A stretch of DNA of 64,000 bases, from positions 1,175 through 65,174 of the forward strand of contig DASSKO010000016.1 in the NCBI GenBank assembly GCA_035690425.1, written 5' to 3'. Below, piece by piece: positions 37,410-46,341 of this stretch. Within the stretch, counting starts at the first letter, position 1. Each line of letters opens with the position of its first letter. The position numbers and the translations under genes were made by a program. Below the pieces are notes generated by a model. The model was not told the origin of the DNA, made no database searches, and saw only the letters and a program-made list of their open reading frames with translations. This DNA is from Nocardioidaceae bacterium (lineage in GTDB: Bacteria; Actinomycetota; Actinomycetes; Propionibacteriales; Nocardioidaceae).

Positions 37410-38533
37410 CGCTGGCTCCGTAGGCTCCGGATCTCACCGATGCCCTGACGCAGGCGGTCTCGCTGGCTGCGATGACGAGTGCCGAGGTATGAGCGCTGCG
37501 GCATGGTCATCGCGTACACGAACTTCAACCGCTGCGACAGAGTCGGGATGGCCTTGACTGTGGCCCACGATCGAGCGGCGTAGCTCGACCCGAGGCCGTA
37601 GACCGCGAGGTCCGACAGGGTGCGCTGGTCCTCACGGTAGGTCTCGGCCCAAGCGCTTGCCCCCAGCACGTCGGCGATCTGCAACTCCTGCCAGGCCCAG
37701 CGCACAGCCCGGGCCACCACCGCCTCGCCCTGGCTCGCACGCATCAGCCAGTGCAGACGAGACATGTCGACATCGTGGGTCAGCAGAATCTGCGCCACGT
37801 CACGCAACGGCACCAGCCGTGGGCGCTCGTCGCCGAGGGCCGCGTGGTACGCCGCGTGGAGGAGGCGTTCTTCGACCGAGAGCGCCTGGACGGTGACTCC
37901 GGCGAGGTCGAACTCGTCGCAGCGTGCCCACAGCTCGTGCAGCGCCAGCCGCGCGCCGAACGGGCCCATGGTGAAGGTCCGATGCAGGTCGATCTCGAGA
38001 CCGTCCGGAGTGCACAGGCACGTGCCCTTGCTGAATCGACGGTCGAACCCCGGCCGGGGCTGGGGATAACGCCGAGCCGCACCGGTCTCGGTGATCACGG
38101 TGACCGCGTCGTCGAACTGGTCGCCGGGCACCAACAGGTCGATGTCCCCGAACGTTCGCAGGCCAGGGTCGGGGTAGTCCAAGTGTGCCAGCGCAACTCC
38201 CTTCAGGGTCCGGACCGGGATGGCGGCCTTCTCCAGGACTCCGACGGTGTTCACGACCAGGTGCTCGAGTACCAGCGCCGCCGCCAGCGACTGCAGGTGA
38301 GACTCCTCGGCCCGGTCGCGTTGCGAGGAGGTGACCGGGAAGGCCCCAGACGTGATCGCCGCCCAGAACAGTCCCGTCATCCGTTGGCTTCGCGTCGCGG
38401 CATGCAGTCGCGTGAACTCGACGTCGGTCAGCGGTGCCTCCGGCAGGTTCAGAGTCGTGCCAACGAGGCCGTGCGCCGCCACCGCGCGCGCCGCCGGGGA
38501 GTGTCCGCCGGCGGACGCCGAGATCTGCGCCAT
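37406..38533 (-). CDS. Nucleotidyltransferase-family protein (uncharacterised NTP_transf_5-like)
   Basis: 375 aa from ATG 38533. TFGDIDLLVPGDQFDDAV catalytic-looking motif and LLHAAYHAALGD. Confidence 0.65.
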   Translation of the reverse strand: MAQISASAGGHSPAARAVAAHGLVGTTLNLPEAPLTDVEFTRLHAATRSQRMTGLFWAAITSGAFPVTSSQRDRAEESHLQSLAAALVLEHLVVNTVGVLEKAAIPVRTLKGVALAHLDYPDPGLRTFGDIDLLVPGDQFDDAVTVITETGAARRYPQPRPGFDRRFSKGTCLCTPDGLEIDLHRTFTMGPFGARLALHELWARCDEFDLAGVTVQALSVEERLLHAAYHAALGDERPRLVPLRDVAQILLTHDVDMSRLHWLMRASQGEAVVARAVRWAWQELQIADVLGASAWAETYREDQRTLSDLAVYGLGSSYAARSWATVKAIPTLSQRLKFVYAMTMPQRSYLGTRHRSQRDRLRQGIGEIRSLRSQR

Positions 38534-38535
38534 GC

Positions 38536-38826
38536 CTAGACCACCTGACTGTTGCGCACGACGCCGCGCGCGACCAGGTCGGCGGCTGCGGCCGCGATGT
38601 GCTGCTGGGGCGGCGGCGCGCCGGCCTCGTCGACGAAAGCATCCACCAGCTGCGCGAGGCTCCTCGGCCGCCGCAGCAAACGCCAGATCTGGGCGCTGCC
38701 ACCCCCGAGCACGATGACGTCGCCGCTGCCGGCGGTGGGCAGCGCGACGACATGCGCACCGGTGTCGCGCCACAGCACACCGGCGGCGCGGGCGAATCCG
38801 TCCGGGCGGCCGGTCGCGTCCGTCAC
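38536..38826 (-). CDS. PqqD-like small protein c (weaker match)
   Basis: 96 aa from GTG 38826 (GTGA overlap). VIVLGGGSAQIWRLLRRPRSLAQLVDAF...AAADLVARGVV. Confidence 0.55.
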   Translation of the reverse strand: MTDATGRPDGFARAAGVLWRDTGAHVVALPTAGSGDVIVLGGGSAQIWRLLRRPRSLAQLVDAFVDEAGAPPPQQHIAAAAADLVARGVVRNSQVV

Positions 38827-40133
38827 AGCGTCACCACCCGATCGTCTCCCCGCACAGCGAGGGCGTTGCGGGCGTCGAAGATCAGCCGCGCGTGCTTGAC
38901 CAACCGGTCGAAGTCGTACCGCTCGTGCGGTGTGAGCACCACGACAGCATCAGCCGAGGCGATGGCCTTCTCGGTCAGTCGGGTCCGTCGCAGCTGCAAA
39001 CCATGGCTGGTGATCCGGTCGACGTACGGGTCGTGGAAGCTCACGGTGACACCACGTCGCGACAGCTGTGCGAGGCACTCGACGGCAGCTGACTCGCGCA
39101 AGTCGCCGACGTTGGGCTTGTAGGTGACGCCGAGCGCCAGCACGTTGGCCTCGGACAGCGGGACCCCACGCTTGCCCAGAGCGTCGATGATCCGCCTGGT
39201 GACGTATTCCGGCATCTCCGCGTTGATGTCCTGGGCGAGCTCGACCAGCCGGAAACGCCGTCCGGTGTCACGACGCGACTGCCAGGCGAGGTAGGTGGGA
39301 TCCAGGGGGATGCAGTGACCGCCCACGCCGGGGCCCGGGTAGAACGGCATGAAGCCGAAGGGTTTGGTGCTCGCGGCGCGGATGACCTCCCAGGTGTCGA
39401 TGCCCTGGTCGTTGCACTGCATGGCCAGCTCGTTGACGAGGGCGATGTTGACCATGCGAAAGGTGTTCTCGAGCAGCTTGGCCAGCTCCGCCGCGCGGCA
39501 GCTCGACAGCGGCGACACGTCATCGACCAGCTGGCGGTAGAACGCCGCTGCTGCCTCGGTCGAGGCCTCGTCGATCCCGCCCACGACGCGCGGTGTGTTG
39601 CGCAGACCGTACTTGGTGTTGCCAGGGTCGATCCGCTCCGGCGAGAACGCGAGCAGGAAGTCCCGCCCGGCCCGCAACCGTTTGGCTTCGAGCAACGGCT
39701 GCAGCACCTGCTCGGTCGTGCCGGGGTAGGTGGTGGACTCGAGGATCACCAGGCTCCCGCGGCGCAGTCGCGCGCCGACCTCGCGCCCCGCGCCCTCGAT
39801 CGCGGAGAGATCGGGCCGGTGCTCGGTGATCGGTGTCGGTACGCAGACCACCACGACGTCGGCGTCGGCCACGGCGGAGAACTCGGTGCTGAAGTTGAGG
39901 CGCCCGCTGTCGACGCCCAACTCGAACGTCCCGTCATCGACCCCGGGCACGACGTTGGTGCCGGCACTGAGAGAGCCGACCCGGTTCCCGTCGATGTCGA
40001 TGCCCGTGACGTGCATGCCGTCGGCGGCGGCCGCAGCTGCGAGGGACAGGCCCACGTAACCCTGGCCGATGACGCACAGGCGCACAGGCCCGTGCTTCAG
40101 GCGGTTGAGCAGTGTCTCGATTCGGTCAGTCAT
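38823..40133 (-). CDS. Nucleotide-sugar 6-dehydrogenase (UDP-N-acetylhexosamine dehydrogenase type, WecC/CapL-like)
   Basis: 436 aa from ATG 40133. Rossmann LCVIGQGYVGLSLAAAAA. GGHCIPLDP catalytic Cys. Confidence 0.88.
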   Translation of the reverse strand: MTDRIETLLNRLKHGPVRLCVIGQGYVGLSLAAAAAADGMHVTGIDIDGNRVGSLSAGTNVVPGVDDGTFELGVDSGRLNFSTEFSAVADADVVVVCVPTPITEHRPDLSAIEGAGREVGARLRRGSLVILESTTYPGTTEQVLQPLLEAKRLRAGRDFLLAFSPERIDPGNTKYGLRNTPRVVGGIDEASTEAAAAFYRQLVDDVSPLSSCRAAELAKLLENTFRMVNIALVNELAMQCNDQGIDTWEVIRAASTKPFGFMPFYPGPGVGGHCIPLDPTYLAWQSRRDTGRRFRLVELAQDINAEMPEYVTRRIIDALGKRGVPLSEANVLALGVTYKPNVGDLRESAAVECLAQLSRRGVTVSFHDPYVDRITSHGLQLRRTRLTEKAIASADAVVVLTPHERYDFDRLVKHARLIFDARNALAVRGDDRVVTL

Positions 40134-41790
40134 CTGCGGTGGTCCCCCCACTCCGGTTGTCGTCCTTGTTGCCGCCTCGATGGGCGGGGTGTGTGACCGG
40201 ACGCCGTCGCCCGGCCTGCACGCCGAGCCGTGTCGTCACCTGGTCCACAAGCGTCGATCGGGAGACATAGCTGTCGACGACTGCCGAGGAGCCTGTTCCG
40301 ACCAGTACTGCACCTACTGCCGGCACTCGCAGTCGGGACAGCAGACGCTGAGACGCCGCTGCCTGGTGCGAGGTGGTCCGGTTGAGGCGGGCTACTACGA
40401 CTGCGGTGTCGACATGCGGGGAGAGGTCGACCGCGTCAGAGACGGCAAGCAGCGGAGCCGTGTCGATGATGACGATGTCCGCCAGGTCCCGAGCTCGCTC
40501 GATCAGCGGGCCCACGCCCGCGAACAGGGCACCGGGGTGGTTGATCTCCTGGCCGCTGGTCGCGACGCGTACGCCGGTGAAGGGGCTGTCACGCACGACC
40601 AGGTCAAGGTCGTCGGGTCGTCCCGCCTGCAGCAGGTCTGACAAGCCGGAGCCGGAGGGCACATCGAGATAGCGATGGATACGCGGGTTGCGGAAGTCGA
40701 GCGAGAGCACCAGCACCTGACGGCCCGACTCCGCCATCGCAACGGCGAGATTGGCCACTGAGGTGGTCTTGCCTTCGTTCGGCCGTGCACTGGTGACCAG
40801 GATGACGCTCGATTTGTGCCCTCCCGGCCCCCGCTCGCCCGAGTCCGGCTTCAGCAGCAACAGGGCTGACCGGAGGTTTCGGTACGACTCCGCGATGGCG
40901 CTTCCAGGCTCGGTCGCGCTGATGACCTCGGTAGTCTTTCGATGGCTCCACGGCAGTGCGGGGATCTCGGCCAGCACCGGCAGCTGTAGGGCATCCTCGG
41001 TCTGCTCGCGGGTGCGCAACCGCGAGTCGATGCGCTCGACGACGAGGGCGAGGGCGATCCCCAGCAACAACCCGAGGGCGCCGCCGATCAGGAGTCGATC
41101 ACGTGGGTCGGACGGCGGCGCGAAGCCACCCGTCTGGTCGGGGATCGCCACGGCGGGTTGCAGCATCTCCAACGGTGGGTCTGCCAGCAGCTGGTCGTTG
41201 AGGGCGGCGACCTCCGCTGTGATGGAGGAGTACCGCGCCGTCAGCCCCTCGAGCTCGGCCGTGAGGCGGGGGTCGTTCGGCGTCAGCTCGAGCGCGCTGT
41301 CGAGTTGGTCGAGGCGGGCGCCGTCCTGCTTGAGCAGCTCGTTGAGCTCCTTCAGCTGCTTCGTGGCCTGCTCTCGGTCCCTGCGCTCGAAGAAGCCGAT
41401 CAGCTCGGCGGCGAAGACGTTGGCGGTCCGCTGAGTGAGCTCACCGTCGCTGCCGACCGTGCTGATCTGCAGGGTCGCGGTCTCGGGGTCGACAGCGGTG
41501 GTGATCTCGGTGGCCAGGATCTGCGGATCATCGTCGTAGTCCAGTTGCTTGGCGGCTCGCTCCGGGACCTCGCCGATCGTGGTGAACAAGGCGGCGGTTG
41601 CCAGATTGAGCGGTGTCTCCGCCGTGGGGCTGCTGATCAGCGTCGCGGTGGCCTGGTAGGTGCGCACCACCGGACCGGTTTGTGCCTCTGCCGGCAGCGT
41701 GAGCCAGACGACGACAAGAGCCAACGACGCCGTAGCGGCAACCAGCGTCCACCGCCTGCGGAGGATGCTCAGATAGCCGATCAGGTCCAT
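40126..41790 (-). CDS. Polysaccharide co-polymerase (Wzz-like) fused to a BY-kinase-type P-loop ATPase
   Basis: 554 aa. N-terminal TM plus coiled coil plus second TM. Walker A VTSARPNEGKTTSVANLA, Walker A' VLSLDFRNP, Walker B IVIIDTAPLL. Confidence 0.85.
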   Translation of the reverse strand: MDLIGYLSILRRRWTLVAATASLALVVVWLTLPAEAQTGPVVRTYQATATLISSPTAETPLNLATAALFTTIGEVPERAAKQLDYDDDPQILATEITTAVDPETATLQISTVGSDGELTQRTANVFAAELIGFFERRDREQATKQLKELNELLKQDGARLDQLDSALELTPNDPRLTAELEGLTARYSSITAEVAALNDQLLADPPLEMLQPAVAIPDQTGGFAPPSDPRDRLLIGGALGLLLGIALALVVERIDSRLRTREQTEDALQLPVLAEIPALPWSHRKTTEVISATEPGSAIAESYRNLRSALLLLKPDSGERGPGGHKSSVILVTSARPNEGKTTSVANLAVAMAESGRQVLVLSLDFRNPRIHRYLDVPSGSGLSDLLQAGRPDDLDLVVRDSPFTGVRVATSGQEINHPGALFAGVGPLIERARDLADIVIIDTAPLLAVSDAVDLSPHVDTAVVVARLNRTTSHQAAASQRLLSRLRVPAVGAVLVGTGSSAVVDSYVSRSTLVDQVTTRLGVQAGRRRPVTHPAHRGGNKDDNRSGGTTADD

Positions 41791-43688
41791 GCGACGTCCT
41801 CCTCGTCAATGGTGACCCTGGCTGTGTGCTGGGCCGGGACCGCTGTCCCCTGACCCGCCGCCACGAGCTGTCGCAACAGCGTCCGGACGGTGGTGTCATC
41901 GCGCTCGAGCGTGGCGGCCGTCAGCTCATCGAGCGCGACGCCCAGCTCCGCCTTGGACAGCGACACCGGGTCGAGCCGAAGGATCGAGGGGTGCGATGTC
42001 GGATGTTGACGCTCGTCCTCGGTGTGCAGCTGCTCCGCCAGCTTCTCGCCTGGACGAATGCCGGTGACGCGGATCTCGACATCGAGTCCCGGCCGGCGCC
42101 CGGACAGCCGGATCATCCTGCTTGCCAGGTCGAGGATGTGGACGGGCTCGCCCATGTCGAGCATGAACACCTCGCCGCCTCGTGCGAGCGTGGCCGCGTG
42201 CAGCACCAGCCGCACTGCCTCGGGAATGCTCATGAAGTACCGCGTCATCCGGCCGTCGGTGATGGTCACCGGGCCGCCGGAGCGGATCTGACGCACGAAC
42301 GTCGGGACTACGCTGCCACGGCTGCCCAAGACGTTGCCGAAGCGGACCGCGCAGGTTGTCATCGAGTCGGAGTGGCTCAGCACCACACCCTCGCCCACGA
42401 ACTTCGTCGAGCCCATCACGCTGCTGGGTCGCACCGCCTTGTCGGTGGAGATGAAGACGAAGCGCTGTACCCCGGCACGGCGAGCCGCATCTACGACGTG
42501 GTGCGTGCCCAGCACGTTTGTCTGCACCGCCTCCACCGGATGCTCCTCGAGCAGCGGCACGTGCTTGTGCGCGGCGGCGTGGAAGACGATGTCGGGTCGC
42601 TCCTGCCGGAAGAGGCGCTCGACCGTCGCCTGCTCCCTGATGTCGGCGAGTCGTTGGACGGCTGTCGCCGGCGTGGTCGCGGTCAGGGTGGCCGCGGTGT
42701 CGAACAGATGCGTCTCGTCGTGGTCGACCAGCACCACGCGGGCGGCGCCCAACGCCGAGACCTGGCGGGCGATCTCCGACCCGATCGACCCGCCTGCGCC
42801 GGTCACCAGGACCCGCTTGCCCGCCACGAGGGCAGTCATCTCGGCGAGGTCTGTCTCGACCTGGTCGCGGCCGAGCAGGTCGCTGATCTCCAGGTCGCGG
42901 ACGTCGCGCAGCAGAACCTGCCCGTTGACGAGCTCGGAGACCTGCGGGACCACCCGCAGCACGATTCCGGACTCGTCGGCCAGCGCCGCGGCGTGGCGGA
43001 TCCGCTCAGGGGCGGCGGACGGGATCGCCAGCACGGCGTGCGTCGCATGGTGCCGGCGGCCGACGTCGGGCAGGTCGTCCAGGGTGCCTTCGACGAGCAC
43101 GCCCTGGACTCGGCGACCAACGAGCTGGGGGTCGTCGTCGAGGAACGCCACGACCCGACCCTGGTCTTGTTGCTGCCGGACGTCTCGGGCGAGTGCCATG
43201 CCGGCAGGGCCAGCGCCGATGACGATGAGGTCGACCCCCTCCTGGGACTGCTGGCGTCGCACCGCGAACAGCCTGGACTGGAAGCGGACGGCGCCGACGA
43301 GGCTGCAGGTCAGGAGCGCGGCGATGAACGGAACAGTCCCGGGCACCGGACGGTCCATCACCAGCACGGCCGGGAACAGCACCGAGAAGCTCGCGAGCTG
43401 GGCCGCCAGCACCAGCCGTGCCTCGTGCACGCTGGCGTACCGCCACACCCCGGAGTACAGGCCGGCGCCGACGTGGCAGACCATCGTCACGCCAACGGCT
43501 ACCGGCAAGAACGACCACAGACCGTCCCAGGCGTTGTGGGGAACGCTGGCGTCGTAGCGGAGGATGACGGCAGTCGTCCACGCCATCGCGATCAAGGTGG
43601 CATCGATTGCGCCCAGAGCCCAGTCCGAGCGGACGTGCCGGACTACCGCTGTAGGCATCCACGACTGTGGACGTGCTTCATGGAACAT
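41781..43688 (-). CDS. CapD/PglF-type membrane-anchored nucleotide-sugar 4,6-dehydratase
   Basis: About 635 aa from ATG 43688 (start uncertain). 4 N-terminal TM helices, two Rossmann folds (LIVIGAGPAGMA, VLVTGAGGSIGSEIARQV). FISTDKAVRPSSVMGSTK. Confidence 0.88.
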   Translation of the reverse strand: MFHEARPQSWMPTAVVRHVRSDWALGAIDATLIAMAWTTAVILRYDASVPHNAWDGLWSFLPVAVGVTMVCHVGAGLYSGVWRYASVHEARLVLAAQLASFSVLFPAVLVMDRPVPGTVPFIAALLTCSLVGAVRFQSRLFAVRRQQSQEGVDLIVIGAGPAGMALARDVRQQQDQGRVVAFLDDDPQLVGRRVQGVLVEGTLDDLPDVGRRHHATHAVLAIPSAAPERIRHAAALADESGIVLRVVPQVSELVNGQVLLRDVRDLEISDLLGRDQVETDLAEMTALVAGKRVLVTGAGGSIGSEIARQVSALGAARVVLVDHDETHLFDTAATLTATTPATAVQRLADIREQATVERLFRQERPDIVFHAAAHKHVPLLEEHPVEAVQTNVLGTHHVVDAARRAGVQRFVFISTDKAVRPSSVMGSTKFVGEGVVLSHSDSMTTCAVRFGNVLGSRGSVVPTFVRQIRSGGPVTITDGRMTRYFMSIPEAVRLVLHAATLARGGEVFMLDMGEPVHILDLASRMIRLSGRRPGLDVEIRVTGIRPGEKLAEQLHTEDERQHPTSHPSILRLDPVSLSKAELGVALDELTAATLERDDTTVRTLLRQLVAAGQGTAVPAQHTARVTIDEEDVAWT

Positions 43689-43884
43689 CCGCCGCACCCC
43701 TCCCCTGACGGCCCGGCGGCCAACGAGTCCCCCCGGATCCGCAGCCTGGCCATCGGCGTTGTCCTGCTGCGTCACTGTGACATGCGCTCGATGGCAGACG
43801 CACGGGAATCGAGCCGATTTTGCCGAAGTCTCTCCGGGGCTGCGCGATCGCTGGCAGACTCGCCGGCGGAGGGGGGAACTTCCA

Positions 43885-45204
43885 ATGACGTTACGCATTT
43901 CAGTGATCGGCACGGGATACCTGGGGGCGACTCACGCAGCCGGAATGGCTGAGCTGGGTCACGAGGTGATCGGTGTCGATACCGACGCGGCCAAGGTGGC
44001 CGTGTTGTCCGCCGGTGAGGTGTCGTTCTACGAGCCGGGCCTTGCCGACCTGCTGGGCCGGCACGTCGCCTCGGGTCGGCTGCGCTTCACCACCTCGATC
44101 GCGGAGGCGGCGGATTTCGCCGATGTGCACTTCATCTGTGTGGGCACACCGCAGCGCTCCGGTGGCTACTCCGCCGAGCTGCGCCCGGTCGAGGGCGCGA
44201 TCGACGGTCTTGCCCGGGGGTTGACCCGGCCGTGTCTGGTGGTGGGTAAGTCGACGGTCCCCGTCGGCACCGCGGAGCGGCTGGCCGGGAGGCTGGCCGA
44301 GCTCGCTCCGGCGGGCCTCGGGGTCGACCTTGCCTGGAACCCCGAGTTCCTCCGCGAAGGCCACGCGGTGGAGGACACGTTGCGACCGGACCGGCTCGTT
44401 GTCGGCGTCGAGTCACCGACCGCGGAGAAGACCCTGCGGGAGGTCTATGCCGTGCCGTTGGCCGAGGGCGTCCCGTGTGTGGTCACCGACCTCGCCACCG
44501 CCGAGCTGACGAAGGTGGCTGCCAACTCCTTCCTCGCCACGAAGGTCTCGTTCATCAACGCGATGGCCGAGCTCTGCGAGGTCACCGGAGCCGATGTCGT
44601 CACCCTCGCCGATGCGATCGGATACGACGAGCGCATCGGACGGCGCTATCTGAACGCCGGGCTCGGCTTCGGCGGTGGCTGCCTGCCGAAGGACATCCGC
44701 GCGTTCATGGCCCGAGCGGGTGAGCTCGGCGTCGACCAGGCCCTGACCTTCCTGCGGGAGGTCGACGCGATCAACATGCGCCGGCGGCACCGGGTGGTCG
44801 AGGTCGCGAAGGCGGAGTGCGACGGCAGCGTGCTCGGCAAGCGGATCGGGGTGCTCGGCGCCGCCTTCAAGCCGAGATCTGACGATGTCCGTGACTCACC
44901 CGCTCTGAACGTCGCGGCGCAGTTGCAGCTGCAGGGAGCGCACGTCAGTGTCTACGACCCGCAAGCGAATGCGAACGCAAAGCAGCTGTTCCCGACGCTG
45001 CGTTATGCCGGTGGTGTGCTCGAAGCCGCTGAGGGCGCCGACCTCGTCCTGCATCTGACCGAGTGGGAGGAGTTCCGCCATTTGGACCCCGACGACGTGG
45101 GTGCCGTGGTCGCCAAGAGGCGAATCCTCGACGGGCGCAACGCCTTGGACCCCGACCGCTGGCGGAGCGCCGGGTGGACCTATCGGGCGCTCGGCCGTCC
45201 CTGA
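43885..45204 (+). CDS. ugd: UDP-glucose 6-dehydrogenase
   Basis: 439 aa from ATG 43885. ISVIGTGYLGATHAAGMA, GFGGGCLPKDIRAF catalytic Cys. Confidence 0.9.
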   Translation: MTLRISVIGTGYLGATHAAGMAELGHEVIGVDTDAAKVAVLSAGEVSFYEPGLADLLGRHVASGRLRFTTSIAEAADFADVHFICVGTPQRSGGYSAELRPVEGAIDGLARGLTRPCLVVGKSTVPVGTAERLAGRLAELAPAGLGVDLAWNPEFLREGHAVEDTLRPDRLVVGVESPTAEKTLREVYAVPLAEGVPCVVTDLATAELTKVAANSFLATKVSFINAMAELCEVTGADVVTLADAIGYDERIGRRYLNAGLGFGGGCLPKDIRAFMARAGELGVDQALTFLREVDAINMRRRHRVVEVAKAECDGSVLGKRIGVLGAAFKPRSDDVRDSPALNVAAQLQLQGAHVSVYDPQANANAKQLFPTLRYAGGVLEAAEGADLVLHLTEWEEFRHLDPDDVGAVVAKRRILDGRNALDPDRWRSAGWTYRALGRP

Positions 45205-45213
45205 GGGGCAGCT

Positions 45214-46341
45214 GTGACATCACCGACGCACACCTTCAGGCCGAGCGCCGTGGTCGACCATGCTGTGCCGCGGGTGCTGGTGCTGATGACTCGCAACCAG
45301 CGTCGAGGCGCGGAGTCCTTCGCGTGCGTGCTGGGCGAGGGCCTCGGTCAGCGGGGCTTATCGCCGCGGCTGCTCGCGCTGGCATCTGCGGAAGCTGAGC
45401 CGCGGTTGCCGGTGCACCCGCTCGGCCCTTCCCCGCTGAGCGCCGCCACACTGTGGCGTCTGCGTCGAGAGATCCGCCAGGCGGACGTCGTCGTCGCCTG
45501 CGGGTCGACCACGCTCCCGGCCACCGTCGTCGCAGGTGTGGCGACCGGCGCACCGATCATCTACCAGAACATCGGCGACCCGATGTTCTGGGCCGGCCGC
45601 GGACGCCGACGAATTCAGGTCCGGGCGATGCTCGGGCGGATGTCGGCCGTCGCTGCGCTGAGCGAGGAGTCCGCACGTGTGCTTCGGTCACACTTCGGCG
45701 TGCCGGCCACGCAGGTCAGGGTGATCCACAACGCCCGCTCGGCGGCGCTTTTCCGGCCCGGGACCGCGGCGGAACATGCAGCGGCCCGGCACGGGCTCGG
45801 CCTGCCGGCGCGCGGTGCCGTGGTCGCGCTCATCGGAGCCCTGGCACCCGAGAAGCGGGTGGACATCGCGATCGATGCCGTGAGCCGGATGCCCGCCGAT
45901 GTCCGGCTGGTGGTGGCCGGTGACGGCCCACTGCGCGAGGAGCTGACCGCACGCGCACGCTCGGCGGCGCCGGGACGGGTGCATTTTCTCGGCCAGCTGC
46001 ACGACCTCGGCCCGGTCCTGCACGCCGCCGACGCGGTGGTGCTGACCAGTGCCAGCGAAGGTGTCCCCGGAGCGCTGATCGAGGCCGGCCTGTCCGGGTT
46101 GCCCGCGGTTGCGACCGACGTCGGCTACGTCCGCGACATCGTCGTACCCGGAGTCACCGGAGAGCTCGTTCCGGTAGGTGACGTGGAAGCGGTCGCTGAC
46201 GGTCTCGCCCGGGTGCTGTCGGCGCGGGCGCAGCTGGGACCGCAGGCACGGGCGCACTGCGTGCGCAACTTCGACCTTGACCGGGTGATCGACGACTGGA
46301 CGGCACTGATCCGGGCCGTCCTCGCACGAGGGGGAAGATGA
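45214..46341 (+). CDS. Glycosyltransferase family 4 (GT-B)
   Basis: 375 aa. C-terminal SASEGVPGALIEAGLSGLPAVATDVG (E-x7-E type motif). Confidence 0.8.
   Translation: MTSPTHTFRPSAVVDHAVPRVLVLMTRNQRRGAESFACVLGEGLGQRGLSPRLLALASAEAEPRLPVHPLGPSPLSAATLWRLRREIRQADVVVACGSTTLPATVVAGVATGAPIIYQNIGDPMFWAGRGRRRIQVRAMLGRMSAVAALSEESARVLRSHFGVPATQVRVIHNARSAALFRPGTAAEHAAARHGLGLPARGAVVALIGALAPEKRVDIAIDAVSRMPADVRLVVAGDGPLREELTARARSAAPGRVHFLGQLHDLGPVLHAADAVVLTSASEGVPGALIEAGLSGLPAVATDVGYVRDIVVPGVTGELVPVGDVEAVADGLARVLSARAQLGPQARAHCVRNFDLDRVIDDWTALIRAVLARGGR

Noticed and set aside
30066-38826. Calling the PqqD/HprK/nucleotidyltransferase genes a lasso-peptide cluster
   Set aside because: The window has no asparagine-synthetase-like lasso cyclase, no transglutaminase-like leader protease and no short precursor ORF. 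The genes are embedded in glycan biosynthesis, so only the tailoring-enzyme analogy is kept.
41826-43952. 708-aa ORF on the plus strand
   Set aside because: It is antisense to the CapD/PglF-type dehydratase, which shows clear Rossmann and STDKAV motifs on the minus strand. The translation is low-complexity and Arg/Gly-rich.
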